Source: Squalus acanthias (taxonomy: Eukaryota). Taken from it: a stretch of 64,000 nucleotides of DNA. A program made the position numbers and the translations under genes. The stretch is from positions 150,786,001 to 150,850,000 of the forward strand of contig CM059432.1 of the NCBI GenBank assembly GCA_030390025.1, given 5' to 3'. Shown here piece by piece: positions 37,978 through 50,217 of the stretch. The notes beneath the pieces were generated by a model. The model saw only the letters and a list, made by a program, of their open reading frames with translations, was not told the origin of the DNA and did no database searches. Positions within the stretch are counted from its first letter, which is position 1; each line of letters starts with the position of its first letter.

Positions 37978-38096
37978 AAAAGAAAAAAAGAGAAAGTCTT
38001 ACATTTATAGAGCGCTTTTCACAACCTCAGGATGTCCCAAAGTGCTTTACAGCCAAATAAGTACTTTTTGAAGTTTAGTCACTGTTGTAATGTAGG
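37978..38096 (-). mobile_element. DeuSINE 3' tail fragment
   Basis: Matches the SINE tails at 47425-47535 and 48380-48492. Confidence 0.7.
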
Positions 38097-40176
38097 TTTT
38101 GATAGAGGAGACACAGAGGCCAGGATTTTACTAACCTCGGCAGGTCTGTGGCGGGCGACTTTGGTGGCGGGTCCTGACCCCACTGCTGGCTCCATCCCAC
38201 TGTGTGAAATGAATTTCCCTTGATGGGGCTTGTTAAGCCCGCCCAGCGTGTTTCCCGGCCAATTAGAGGAAGCGGGTCTGGTGACATCATTTGATGACGC
38301 GTCATCAGACGGTTTCCTTAAAGGGACCATGGCCGAATTTATCTTGACATTTGTTGGTGTTCTACAGCATTGAGGTGCTGCAAACACTGACAATGACTGC
38401 ACAAAGGCACAGGACTGCACCCAGGCTCTCCCATGATTCCCTCCATATGCTTATGGAGGGAGCCACAGCACGCAGGGAGGTCCTCTTCCCTTCCCATGGG
38501 CGGAAGAGACCTCCCCAGGAGATCAACACAGCCTGGTTGTACATTGCAGAGGAGGACACAAGCAGGGATGTGGTCAGAAGGACCTGGGTGCAGTGGCGGA
38601 AATATTTCAATGATCTCAGTAGATCATGAAACATTAGAACAAAGCCACACTCAACCTTATCCTGCTGTGCCTCTCAACACATCCCCATCACTCTGCCTTC
38701 CCTACCCTACTCCTGCACATCCTTACGCACACCAACTTACCTTGGACCTCCACTCACTCTCTCTCTCTCTATATTATCACATCCCCATCTCACTAGCCAC
38801 CCCTCACACTCACTCTCATCATAGTGCAATCATACCAACTAACAACACACAAGAGTAGGCACTTGGGTCTTTTATGCAATGTTCATGTAAAGTTTCTGTT
38901 AATGTGGTGTCAAACATTGAAAACTTTATTTTCAACACTTTGCGTTCTTTGACAGATCTGTGTGCACCTTTGGAAGTGGCTTAGTGAGTTGCAGTGAATG
39001 GTGAAACATAACGGTACCCCCGCAATGCTGATGAGTGTGAAAGGAATGGCTTGGGCATTGTAGGGATGCTTTATGGTGTTGGTGTGGGGTGGTGCCAACC
39101 TGGCGCTGTGTGGCAGCCAGGGTGTGCAGCGTCAAGTGAAGTAAATGTGGCCATGGTGAGGCCATCCCTGGTGTCCCGGGCAGCAATGTGCTCTCTGTCC
39201 TGTGCAGCATCAGTTGATGGTGGAGAAGTTTGGTGGTGTTGTTGTTGGTGCTGCTGGTGTTGGGGCTGATTGTGGTGGGATTCTGAGGACCAAGGTGAGA
39301 TAGTATAAAGGGCACCCATGCTGATGGAATAGACGGCAGGTGAAGCTGAGATGACAGAAGCGATCTGTCAATGGTGAGAGAAGTAATAAGGTCAGACTGG
39401 ATGGAGACTTGTGTAAAGACTTGCACCATGGTGAATCTGTTGTGGAAATGCAGTGAGGAAGAACTTGTGGCTGAGGGAAGATATCACTGTAAGGTGGGAG
39501 CTTTTACTGTACATTTGAAGCTGTCAACTCAACAGCTGATTCAATGGCCACTGACCTCCGGCTCAGCTTCACAGACGTGGTCCCCGAGCAGCGAGGACCC
39601 CGTGGGCGAGCTGTCAAATGCAAAAGGTGAGCTGAAATTCATTCTTAAATGGCTCTAAACAAGCCACTAATTACCTGAATTGGGTCCCCCGCTGCTGCGT
39701 GTCAGGTCTGCTCAGCGCTGACAGACCGACATCGGGGAAAGGCGTGTGGCGGCGGGGTCTCAACCCGCTGTGAAAAAATACACTTTCCCATCCGACCGGC
39801 CACCGATCACGCCCGCTGACCCCCCGCAAAATTCTGGCCAGAGAGAGTGTTTCCACTTGTGGGGAAGAGCAAAACTAGAAGCCATCAATACAAGATAGTC
39901 ACCAAGAATTCAAATAGGGAATTCAGAAGAAACTTCTTTACCCAGAGAGTGGTGAGAATGTGGAACTCACTACCACAGGGAGTGGTTGAAGTGAATAGTA
40001 TAGATGCATTTAAGGGAAGGCTGGATAAGTATATGAGAGAGAAGGGAATAGAGGGTTATACTGATAGAGTTAGATGAGGAAAGACGGGAGGAGACTTGAG
40101 TGGAGCATAAATGCTGGCACAGACTGGTTGGATTGAATGGCCTGTTTCTGTGCCGTATATCCTGTGTAATCCTATG
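38094..40176 (+). mobile_element. CR1 3' fragment split by a Harbinger insertion
   Basis: GFDRGDT|ERVFPLVGKSKTRSHQYK reads across the 38118-39839 insertion. Confidence 0.8.
38118..39839. mobile_element. Harbinger deletion derivative
   Basis: TIRs GGCCAGGATTTT / AAAATTCTGGCC, TSD AGA; Myb exon 1 on + (38393-38629), transposase start on - (39319). Confidence 0.88.
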
Positions 40177-40942
40177 AGGAGATGGTTGGTGGTGGTGTTG
40201 GTGCTGCTGGTGTGCCTCGTGCTGTTGGTGTTGGGGCTCATCATGGTCTTATTCTGAGGACCGAGGTGAGACAGTATAAACGGCACCCATGCTTATGTAA
40301 TAGATGGCAGGTCAAGTAGAGATGACAGAAGCAATCTGTCAATGGTGTGATCGGTTGTACCAATGAGGTGACAGTGAATCCTGACTTTGCTGAAAAGACT
40401 TGCAACCTCTAGAAAGCTAAATCTGTGCTGACAATGAACTCAGCAACTGCATCTGCCTTAGGAAAGTGACCAGGTGTCAGGTGGGAGTTTTTAATGTACT
40501 TTTCATGCTGTGCACTAATGAGCTGGATCAATGGCCACTCAACTTCCACCTCAGGTTCACAGACGTGATTCCTGATCTGTGTGATTCCTGTGCTCATCCA
40601 GGGAAATTTGAAAGGTAGGGTTAAAAAAAGGTTTAAGGGTCTGATAAGTACCTAATAACCATTTAAATTACCTCGGCCGCCTCTGCCATTCGGGTCGCTG
40701 ACGCGCTGGCAAATATCCCCGAGGGAAAGGTGTGTGGGGGCGGGCTGACAGTGGGTTCCCGACGCGCTGCAAGTTATTCCAAATTTTCGTCCCGACCCTC
40801 CTCCATTCCCGCCTGCATGGACGCCAGAAAATTCTGGCCCATGTTGCAATTTCTATATACCTGTAATTCTATGTAAGAATGGAATGGCTGTGAGCAGCAA
40901 CCAGCAATTTGCTCAGTTATTTCTGGTTTGCTTAAGGGAAAG

Positions 40943-42000
40943 CCTGATGCTGCGCAGGAGAGATGGCATCAGTGCAGGGCTGCACCGTGCCGGAGGCAAT
41001 ACCCCAACACAGAGTATACAGGCAGAGGATGAGCAGCAGTGCCAAAGGAGGCTCAGGCTATCCTGCCAGGTCGTCGCAGACATTTGCAGATTGCTGGAGC
41101 TATGCCTGCAGCCCAGAGGAGTGGGTGGACACTCCTTACCAGTGGCTGTCAACGTCACCAGGGCCCTCAACTTCTTCGCCTCAGGCTCCTTCCAGGGATC
41201 TGCAGCAGACATTTGTGACATCTCACAATCGGCGCCCACAGATGCATCACATAGGTCACCAATGCCCTCTTTGGCAATTCAGCCAATTATATGCATTTTG
41301 TCACTGATGAATCCATTGTTACTGAGCGGGCGCGTGGCTTTGCCACTCTGGCTGGCTTCCCACGTGTGGAGGGCATCATCGACTGCACACATGTGGCCAT
41401 CAGGGCATCCCATCATCACCCAGGAGTCTTTGACAACCGCAAGAGTTTCCACTCCCTCAATGTGCAGCTCGTTTGCAACCATAGGAACATCATCATGCAT
41501 GTGTGTGCCAAATTCCCTGGCAGCAGCCATAACTCTTTCATTCTGCACCAGTCCACTCTCCCTCAGCTCTTCGCTCCTCCAAACAGACTTTCCATCTGGC
41601 TGCTTGGAGACTAGGGCTATCCACTGAAGATGTGGCTCATGACACCCTTGAGGAGGCCAAGTACTGAGGCCGAGGAGAAATATAATGAAAGCCATATCTC
41701 CACCAGATGTGTCATAGAGCAGACAATAGGCAAGCTGAAAATGCACTTCAGATGCCTTGACAGATCTGGAGGAGCCCTTCAGTAGGCACCAGCCAGGGTC
41801 TCCAGAATCTGTCGTGGTCTGCTGCGCCGTGCACAACATAGCGCAGCAGCGAGGATTAGTGCTGCATGAGGAGCAAGGCTCTGAGCGCACAGCCTCTTCT
41901 TCAGAGGAGGAGGAGGAGCAGGAGGAACCTGCGGTCCAGACCCCACCATTGCTGCTCAGGAGGCCAGGATGGCCTCATCATGGCCAGATTTACTTAACTT
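40943..42000 (+). pseudogene. Harbinger transposase (HARBI1-like), disrupted
   Basis: [43 protein letters not shown]. Confidence 0.9.
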
Positions 42001-42285
42001 CACGCCTTACACCCATATGGCTGCCACATGCTGCGCCAGGTTCGCACCACCCCACAGCAACACCATAAAGCATCCCTTCAATGACCAGGCCCTTCCTTTC
42101 ACACTGACCACCATTGCTGGAGGTAACGTTATGTCTCACCATCCACTCCAACTCACGAAGCCACTTCCAAAGTTCCACACAAATTTGTCCAGTGGTGAAA
42201 ATAAATATTTTTATCTGTGACATCACAGTAACGGAAACTTTACAGAAACATTTATTAAAACACCCAAGTGGCTACCCTTGTGCAT

Positions 42286-44163
42286 CTACTTGTGTTTCAT
42301 CTTTCTTTTATGCGTGCTTCTACAAGGTGCTACCCCTGTTTCTTCAGCAGAGGTAGAGGCAGCCTGCCCACTTCCCTGCTGCGACTGCATTGACACTTTT
42401 GGCGGACGTCCTCTGTGTTTTGGAGCCTGTGATGGCCCCGCCAAAGTCTGCTCCTGCTGCGACTGTGCAGGGGCAGACTTGGCCATCGTGATCTGAGGCT
42501 CTGACTGTGGGGAGGGGAGGCAATGGGGGAGAAGTGTGAGTGCTTTGAGAGGAGCCCCCACTTTCATGTCCCCTGTCACCGTCATCCCTCTCATGGGCCA
42601 CCCGCACTTCCCTGCTAGCAAGGAGCTGGAGAGCACCTTGCTGCACAGCACTGGGACCATGAGGACCCACGTCTACGTTGAAATCCCTCCGAGACAGGTG
42701 GTCTATGAGCGTCTGCCATCTATTCTCCATAGATAGCCATCTATTCTCCATAGAGACCATGTGCTCCTGTGAATAGCACATTAGCTGCTCCATGCAGGTG
42801 GCCATCCTTTCCATGGCAGAGCCTACAGTCGCCATCACCTGCGACACGGTGGTGCTCATGTTGGGGATGGACTCCTCCATTCTCTGAACATTTGCAGCCA
42901 GGTCGCAAAACCTGTCAAAGCCTCCTGCACTTCTTCCTGCACCTCCAGGATCGCCCTCTTTCTGGATGGCCCCCCGAGGCTTAGCATCTGCATGCAGCTG
43001 AGCAGAGCTGGGAGCATCCTGCGCCCTCCGGCGAGGAGTCTCCACTGCTGTCCCTGTCCACCATCTCCTCTTGTTCACTTGTGAGTTGTGAGACACCAGG
43101 TGACAACACTACTCTGTCGCGTTGCACCCACTGAGGTGGGTGTATCTGCGCTGGTGCTGGGTCCGCTTATGTCTGGTGATGGTGCGCCCTCAGAGACTGG
43201 AGGCTCCTCTGAGGAGTCATCTTCCTCTTCCTCCACTGGACAGTGGAGCGGGGGGCGGGGGGCTCTTGATGGACCTGTGGGAGGGTAAAGAGATGAGTTA
43301 GATATGTCACATCAAGAATGGGTACAGATACCATTGTGCACATGATGAACATTCACTGGCTGCTGACATCAGTCCCCATATGAGTGACTACTGTATGCCA
43401 TGTGGCTGTATGAGATGTAATTCTGTCACAAGGTTGCTGAGATGTCCCCTCTCTCCGTCTCCCAGCTGCTCTGCAACTCCTGACACTTCCAAGGCAACCT
43501 CCTCTGCTGCTGTAAAAGTGGCCAATGATGGAGGGTCACCTCCAGTTCTCTCCCTCTCCCTCTTATTGTGGGATCTCTTTTCCTGCAAGGAGGGAAAGAA
43601 GAGAAGGTTGAGTGAGAGTGATGGAATGAGTGTAAGGAATGGATGGATTGCCTCTTTAGAGGGTGACTATGATGGAGTGAGGTGCCAATGCCAAGTGGTC
43701 TCCTTGTGTATTGTTAGTTGGTATGATTGCATTAGGATGAGGGGGAGTGTGAGGGGTGGTTAGTCAAATTAGGATGTGATAATGTAGATAGAGAGAGAGA
43801 GGGATGGGTGGACATGCAAGTTGGTGTGAGTAAGGATGTGCAGGAGTAGGGTTGGGAAGGTAGAGTGATGAGGATGTGATGAGAGGCACAGCAGGATAAA
43901 GTTGAGTGTGGCTTTGCACTCACCTTTCCTGATCTAATAAGATCATTGAAACGTTTGCGGCACTGCACCGAGGTCCTCCTGAACACATCCCTGCTGTTGA
44001 CCTCCTCTGTTATTTGGAGCCAGGCTCCTTTGGTCAGCTGGGGAGGTCACTTCCACCCATCGGAAGGGAAAAGGACCTCCCTGCGTGCTCTCGCTCCCTC
44101 CACAAGTGTATGGGGAGTGTCACCTGAGAACCTGGGTGCAGCCCTCTGTCTCTGTGCAGTCAT
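42286..44163 (-). pseudogene. Harbinger Myb/SANT partner gene, 3 exons, disrupted
   Basis: QCRKRFNDLIRSGK|gtgagt at 43924, exon 2 from 43582 (EKRSHNKRERERTGG), long low-complexity exon 3. Confidence 0.85.
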
Positions 44164-44477
44164 GTTTGCTAGTACAGGAAACTCTTGTTTATCCGGCACC
44201 CAAATATCCGGAATTCTCGCTTAACCGGCAAAAATCATCCTCCGAAAACTCCTCTCAAATAACCGGCAATGTTGCCGAGTCGCAGTCCGAGTCTCTGCGA
44301 ACGCCGAGTACTCCGAAAACTCCTCTCAAATAACCGGCAATGTTGCCGATCCCGAGTCCGAGTCCGCGAACGCCGATTTAGTCAGTAGGGGTAGTTTTCA
44401 AAAGTGCCACTACTCGGCCTCCTGGCGCTGTCGGAAGTCCGAAACACTGCAGTAGCAGGAGTCGATTCTCCCGCGCT

Positions 44478-44765
44478 GCCTGGAGTCTCTTCTGATCGGC
44501 CATTTTGCTGTGTGTCTCCCACGATGCTGGTAGTCTCTTCTGATCCACCATTTTGCTGTGTGTCTCCCACGCTGCTGGTACTGTAGTCTCTTCTGATACA
44601 CCATTTTACTGTGTGTCTCCCACGCTGCTGGTACTGTAGTCTCTTCTGATACACCATTTTACTGTGTGTCTCCCACGCTGCTGGTAGTCTCTTCTGATAC
44701 ACCATTTTACTGTGTGTCTGCCACGCTGCTGGTAGTCTCTTCCTAGCCACCATTGTTCTGTGTGT
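44478..44765 (+). repeat. Tandem ~43-53-bp repeats in the Tigger 5' region
   Basis: Recurrent gtagtctcttctgatacaccattttactgtgtgtctcccacgctgctg, ~5-6 units. Confidence 0.85.
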
Positions 44766-44806
44766 CTTTCCATCTTCATCGGCAATTATCTCCTCCATCT
44801 TGCATT

Positions 44807-46573
44807 ATGGAATTCCCAAAAGCTGGTCCAAGCAAAAGGAAGAGAGTGGTCTTAACTTTAAAACAGAAAATCGAGATATGCCAACGACTAGAAAGGGGAG
44901 AGAAGCGTATCAACATTATGAATGAATTCAAAATCGATTCGTCAATAATCTACGACATCAAATCGCAGAAGGATAAGCTGCTCAAGTTTTATTCAAGCTC
45001 GGAGACATCTAAGAGTGTAGAGAAACGGCGTACGCTTCGTAAGCCTAAGCTTGAAGAGCTGGATACCGTGCTTTATGAATGGTTTTCTCTTAAGCGTTCA
45101 GAGGGTGTTCCAATTTCCGGACCCATGCTAATCGAGAAAGCGAAGGATTTCTACGAAAGAATGGAGCTCACTGACAAGTGTGCTTTCTCCGAGGGATGGC
45201 TAACGTGCTTCAAGTTACGGCACGGGATACGACGACTCGATATTTCCGGGGAGAAGAAATCAGCTGATCACGACGCCGCAGAAGAATACTGCGATTATTT
45301 CAATCGGATTGTGCAGCAACATGATTTGTCGCCAGCACAGATCTACAATGCCGATGAAACTGGCTTGTTTTGGAGGTTTTTGCCAGAATCAACGCTTGCT
45401 GGGGCTAGTGAGGCTAATGCTTCAGGTTATAAGAAAAATAAAGATCGTGTAACCGTGCTAACATGTGCGAACGCCGCTGGATCACACCGGGTTAAACTTC
45501 TTCTTATCGGGAAGTATAAAAATCCCTGTGCATTTAAAAATGTGAGGCACTTACCTGTTGAGTACATAGCTCAAAAAAATGCTTGGATGGATAAGGAAAT
45601 CTTCTCCGATTGGTTCCATCATATTTTTGTTCCATCTGTGAGGGAACATTTCCGCAAAATAGGGAAACCTGAAGATAGCAAATGCATTTTATTGCTTGAT
45701 AATTGCAGAGCCCATCCGCATGAATCCGAGTTGGTTTCGGGAAATATTTTCACCATTTATTTGCCACCAAATGTAACTTCTCTCATCCAACCCATGGACC
45801 AGGGCGTTATCCAAAATCTGAAGTGTCATTACAAGAAAGACTTCCTACGTAAACTGATAAGCCAAGATGACAATATTCAAGAATTTCAGAAGGAATACAA
45901 TATTAAAGATGCCATCTATAATGTTGCATGTTCCTGGAAATTGGTGAAAGGTCACACTCTGAGGCAAGCCTGGCGCAAATTGTGGCCTTCTGTAATGTTT
46001 GCTGAAGGTTCTTCTTCAGAGGAGGAATTTCATGGGTTCAGTGTTCGTCCCAAGAAGAGTACAATAATGCAAATGGCTGGCATGGTGAAAAATGCAGGCC
46101 CAGCAAACCCTCTACGTCACCTCAGTGAAAGTGATATCGAGCAGTGGGTTGATGCAGATAGAGAAGTTGGTGTTGTGCATATGCTAAGTGATGATGAAAT
46201 AATTGAGAATGTTTTGAATCCAAAGAAAGAAAAGGAGAGTGAGCTGGAAAGTGAAGAGGACGAGATTTCTGAAGAAGAGAAGATTTCTTGGGCTAAAGCT
46301 GCAGAAGGATTATCGACATTCCTCAAATTTGCTGAATGGCAGACTTGCTACTCTGCACAAGAAGTTATGCAACTCCATATTCTGCATTCCACCTTTCTAC
46401 AGAAAAGGCAAGAGTCCACTAAGCAAACCGACATCCGCAACATGTTTAAGAAAGCTTCCAAAAGAGTCGCAGCAGCGGAAGTGCCTGAAGAATCTGTGGC
46501 ATCGGTGGAACTGCGTGGTCCTGATGACCCAGCTGGCATGGATATTTCTGATGAACCAGATGACTTGGAATAA
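44807..46573 (+). CDS. Tigger/pogo transposase, 588 aa, intact (CENP-B-type HTH plus DDE_1, DD32D)
   Basis: [44 protein letters not shown]; uninterrupted ORF from ATG 44807. Confidence 0.93.
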   Translation: MEFPKAGPSKRKRVVLTLKQKIEICQRLERGEKRINIMNEFKIDSSIIYDIKSQKDKLLKFYSSSETSKSVEKRRTLRKPKLEELDTVLYEWFSLKRSEGVPISGPMLIEKAKDFYERMELTDKCAFSEGWLTCFKLRHGIRRLDISGEKKSADHDAAEEYCDYFNRIVQQHDLSPAQIYNADETGLFWRFLPESTLAGASEANASGYKKNKDRVTVLTCANAAGSHRVKLLLIGKYKNPCAFKNVRHLPVEYIAQKNAWMDKEIFSDWFHHIFVPSVREHFRKIGKPEDSKCILLLDNCRAHPHESELVSGNIFTIYLPPNVTSLIQPMDQGVIQNLKCHYKKDFLRKLISQDDNIQEFQKEYNIKDAIYNVACSWKLVKGHTLRQAWRKLWPSVMFAEGSSSEEEFHGFSVRPKKSTIMQMAGMVKNAGPANPLRHLSESDIEQWVDADREVGVVHMLSDDEIIENVLNPKKEKESELESEEDEISEEEKISWAKAAEGLSTFLKFAEWQTCYSAQEVMQLHILHSTFLQKRQESTKQTDIRNMFKKASKRVAAAEVPEESVASVELRGPDDPAGMDISDEPDDLE

Positions 46574-47424
46574 GTGTACAGTCAACTACAGTACTGTAGA
46601 CAGTCGTTTATAAGTTTTGTTTTACTGTTAAGTAATTAAAGAGTTATGGATTACCCTCAACTGGCAGTACTGTACTTAATCAAGCATCTTCCACTATCCA
46701 TTTAACACAACATTCTGTAGGTGAGTACCCAAATACTGTATACTGCACATTTCTTGATTTATTTATTTTTCTTTGTTAAAAATAGCCTCGGTAGATATAA
46801 CTCTCCGTTATCCAGAACTTTCGATCAACCGGCACCACGCCGGTCCCGTCGGTGCCGGTTAATAAAGAGTTTCCTGTATTTCCAACACTCCAATGGTCCA
46901 GTACACTGCCTGCACAATCCTAGATGAACCTTCAAATGCAATGTGGCCATGGCTCCTTTAAATATCCCGGCTGAAAACGCGTCATCGATGACATCATCAG
47001 ACCCGCACCATTTAATGGGGCCGGGTAACACACAGATAGGGCTTAATAGGCTCCATTAAGGGAAAGTCGATCTCAGGAGCGGAATGAACTGAAGAACGGG
47101 GTCGCGACCCGCCATGGCGACTGCTCGCATCCGACCCGCCCAGATACAGAAAATTCCGCCCATGGAAACTGACCATTTGGCCCAACCAGTCCATTGCCCT
47201 TTTTTTGCTCCACATGAGAAGTAATGCTAACCCTATGTGCTCGCCCTGGTCCCATTTCCTTTAATTCCCCTTTCCTTCAACTACCTATTGTTAATTGTTG
47301 ACATGATGGGGTTGATTTTCAGGACCAGCAGACTTTGGGCAGGTCAGCCGTTATTTAAATTTCATTGGTGGGCTGCCAGGCGTTTCCATTGGTGATGGGT
47401 AGCCCGCCGAAGTGGAGGGTGCGC

Positions 47425-47535
47425 TTCCCACATAACAACAGTGACCACACTTCAAAAGTACTTCATTGGCTGTAAAGCGCTTTGGGACGTCCGGTGGTCG
47501 TGAAAGGCGCTATAGAAATGCAACTCTCTTTTTTA
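47425..47535 (+). mobile_element. DeuSINE 3' tail fragment
   Basis: acaacagtgaccacacttcaaaagtacttcattggctgtaaagcgctttgggacgtcc; an inverted copy lies at 48380-48492. Confidence 0.75.
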
Positions 47536-48546
47536 TCTGAAAAAAAATGGCCTGTCTTAATGTCAATAAAATTAGAAAACCATATTAAAGTCTTGCTTGA
47601 TTCTTGACCTTTCAGGTCAATAAGAAAACCCTACAGCCTCATTAAAACATTTTCGGTGGTATTCCTGCCTGTACTTGGGAGCTTGCTGCTGGAGTGGAAG
47701 GTGAACAGATATTGACTGCTGCTGCAAGAATTGTACAGCTGCAGCAGCTTAAAGGGCCAGGCAGCATTGTCAACTGGGGCCACGTTGCTGGCTCAACTGC
47801 TGTTGCAGAATTCCAGTAATATAGGAATGTTGACTGTAAAATCATTCACTCAATTACAGTGCCTGTTGTGGGTATTTAAAGTTTCCTCTGCACTTCCCAC
47901 TGTCTAGTCATATTGGTCATCTGTTGAACGCTGCCACGAAGAGCATTCCGCGTTACTGAGGTGGTAATGATGGATTTTGTGATGCACAATGTTACTGCTT
48001 TATTTAAATTAGCCATCTCAAATTTGGGCTGGTGCTTCTGGATCCCAGCAAAAATGACACCAGAAAATACTTCAGACACAGAAATGGGTAGGTATCCTGC
48101 ATTACTAGCTGCCGACCCATCCATCTACCCACATCAACCTACCCCCATTACCATGCTAAACCAGTGGAAAACCATAGGAAAATTCCACCGAATAAATGAT
48201 TTACTTTTTCCCAGTCTACAAACTTTGACATGTTAACATTTCAAAGAAAGAATTCCTTAGCCGCCAAACAAACAAAATTAATTGGTTTCTGACCACAGAT
48301 AGTGGCCCAAACAATGATACCCAGCCGACTCACATTGAAACTGTGGATCAATCAGCACAGTTTCATGTATGGGCCTCAAAAAAAGAAAGACTCAGAAAGA
48401 TTTGCATTTCTATAGCGCCTTTCACGACCACTGGACGTCCCAAAGCGCTTTACAGCCAATGAAGTACTTTTGAAGTGGAGTCGCTGTTGTAAGGATGCAA
48501 AGGAGAAAGGGAACCCTTTTAAAGGCACAGTAGTTGGACCACGCTA

Positions 48547-48668
48547 CGAGGTTTGGCACTCTCCAGCCGCTCTCGCTCACCTTTGAAATCTCCCGAGGTT
48601 TGGCGCTCTCCAGCCGCTCTCGCTCACCTTTGAAATCTCCCGAGGTTTGGCGCTCTCCAGCCGCTCTC
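48547..48668. repeat. 47-bp tandem repeat, ~2.6 units, possibly within a CR1 5' UTR remnant
   Basis: Units start at 48547, 48594 and 48641. Confidence 0.85.
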
Positions 48669-49269
48669 CGCTTTAATTAATTGAACTTAAATTAAATCAA
48701 ATCAATCCCACCAATTATACTATAATTAAATGATATAGGGCCCTTGTTTACCAACTTTCCCTGCTACACCACAGAGACCCTAGAAACTTTAAACCACAAA
48801 ATTTAAGTTTGGAAAAAGGAGAAAAAGAGAAATACTCACCAACCAATCACTTACCTGCTTTCTGGTGACGTCACACTTTGATTATTTTTTACTTCTCTCT
48901 CTCCCGCTCTCGGGGCTCAGATTGGTCAGATTGGTAAGCCTACCTGGTCGCTGCCGCCATTTATGGCCGCCGCCTCGCCGCTGTCGCTCCACCCAGGTCC
49001 GTCGCCTCTGTGATGCCCAATTTCGGACAAGGCTCGGGCCTCTGGCGCACACTCTAAGCATGTTTCCTATTCCCCCAAATCAGGCCTAATCCAATTTGCT
49101 CTGCTGCTGTATCTTTGTCAGAAATGTGGTGGAAATGCATAAACGAGCTTTCAGCCATATTTTCTGCCAAAGTTACAACGGCTCAGCTCTGAGGAAAATC
49201 GGGCCAGAGTTATCCGAAGCCAATTTAAAATTTATGTTCATGTAAAAAAAATATAATACAGAAATATTT

Positions 49270-49835
49270 CTTACATAAGAACATAAGACGTAGGAGCAGG
49301 AGTCGGTCATTCGGCCCCTCGAACCTGTTCCGCCATTCAATGAGATCATGGCTGATCTGATCTTGGCCTCAACTCCACTTCCCTGCCCGCTCCCCATAAC
49401 CCTCGACTCCCTTATCGTTCAAAAATCTGTCTATCTCCACCTTAAATATATTCAATGACCCAGCCTCCACAGCTCTCTGGGGATGAGAATTTCAAAGATT
49501 CACAACCCTCTGAGAGAAGAAATTCCTCCTCATTTCTGTTTAAATTGGGTGCCCCCTTATTCTGAAATTATGCCCCCTAGTTCTAGATTCCCCCACGAGG
49601 GGAAACATCCTCTCTGCATCTACCCTGTCGAGCCCCCTCAGAATCTTATATGTTTCAATAGGATCCCCTCTCATTCTTCTAAACTCCAATGAGTATAGGC
49701 CCAACCTGCTCAACCTTTCTTCATAAGACAACCCCCTCATCTCTGGAATCAACCTCGTGAACCTTCTCTGAACTGCCTCCAATGCAAGTATATCCTTCCT
49801 TAAATAAGGAGACCAAAACTGTACGCAGTACTTCA
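49270..49835 (-). mobile_element. CR1 LINE 3' fragment
   Basis: YCVQFWSPYLRKDILALEAVQRRFTR, cttatgtt tail. Confidence 0.92.
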
Positions 49836-50159
49836 TTTAATGCAGGGCAATAACGAACACTTGAATGAACGAACGAACAATTGAATGGATGGTATTGTTT
49901 AAGAGTATTTGTACTGTAAACATTATTGATTATTTGTAAAAAAAATGATAAAATCGAAATCCATAAAGCTGTTTTTTAAGGCTTTATTGTTTATTGTGAT
50001 CAAGGAATGAAAAGGTTTACTATGTAATTGATGAGTTGTATAAGTACTATTGTACTTGAATAAAAAGATTAATGCAGGGCAAGTTTCATCACAAATCGGT
50101 CAGAATTTGTTCAGACTGCCGCTATTCAGCCACACAATGTATGAAGGTAATGAGTTACT

Positions 50160-50217
50160 TTGAAATAACAACAGAAAATGCTGGAAACACTCAGCAGGTC
50201 AGGCAGCATCCGTGGAG
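50160..50217 (-). mobile_element. Penelope terminal-repeat fragment
   Basis: Reverse complement of ~52413-52467 with few substitutions. Confidence 0.7.

Larger units (their letters stand above)
44175..46876 (+). mobile_element. Tigger/pogo DNA transposon, full length
   Basis: 26-bp TIRs (23/26 match) starting CAGGAAACTCTT, TA TSD. Confidence 0.95.
40175..47161. mobile_element. Harbinger transposon with inverted left arm and a nested Tigger
   Basis: TIRs GGCCAGAATTTTC (minus strand, ends 40839) and GAAAATTCCGCCC (47161), TSD ATG after re-inversion. Confidence 0.8.

Noticed and set aside
44753..46573. Host TIGD/JRK gene
   Set aside because: Flanked by TIRs and a TA TSD and nested inside another transposon.
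47425..48492. Inverted repeats bounding a novel element
   Set aside because: Best explained as two independent SINE tails in opposite orientation; no TSD seen and internal ORFs lack motifs.
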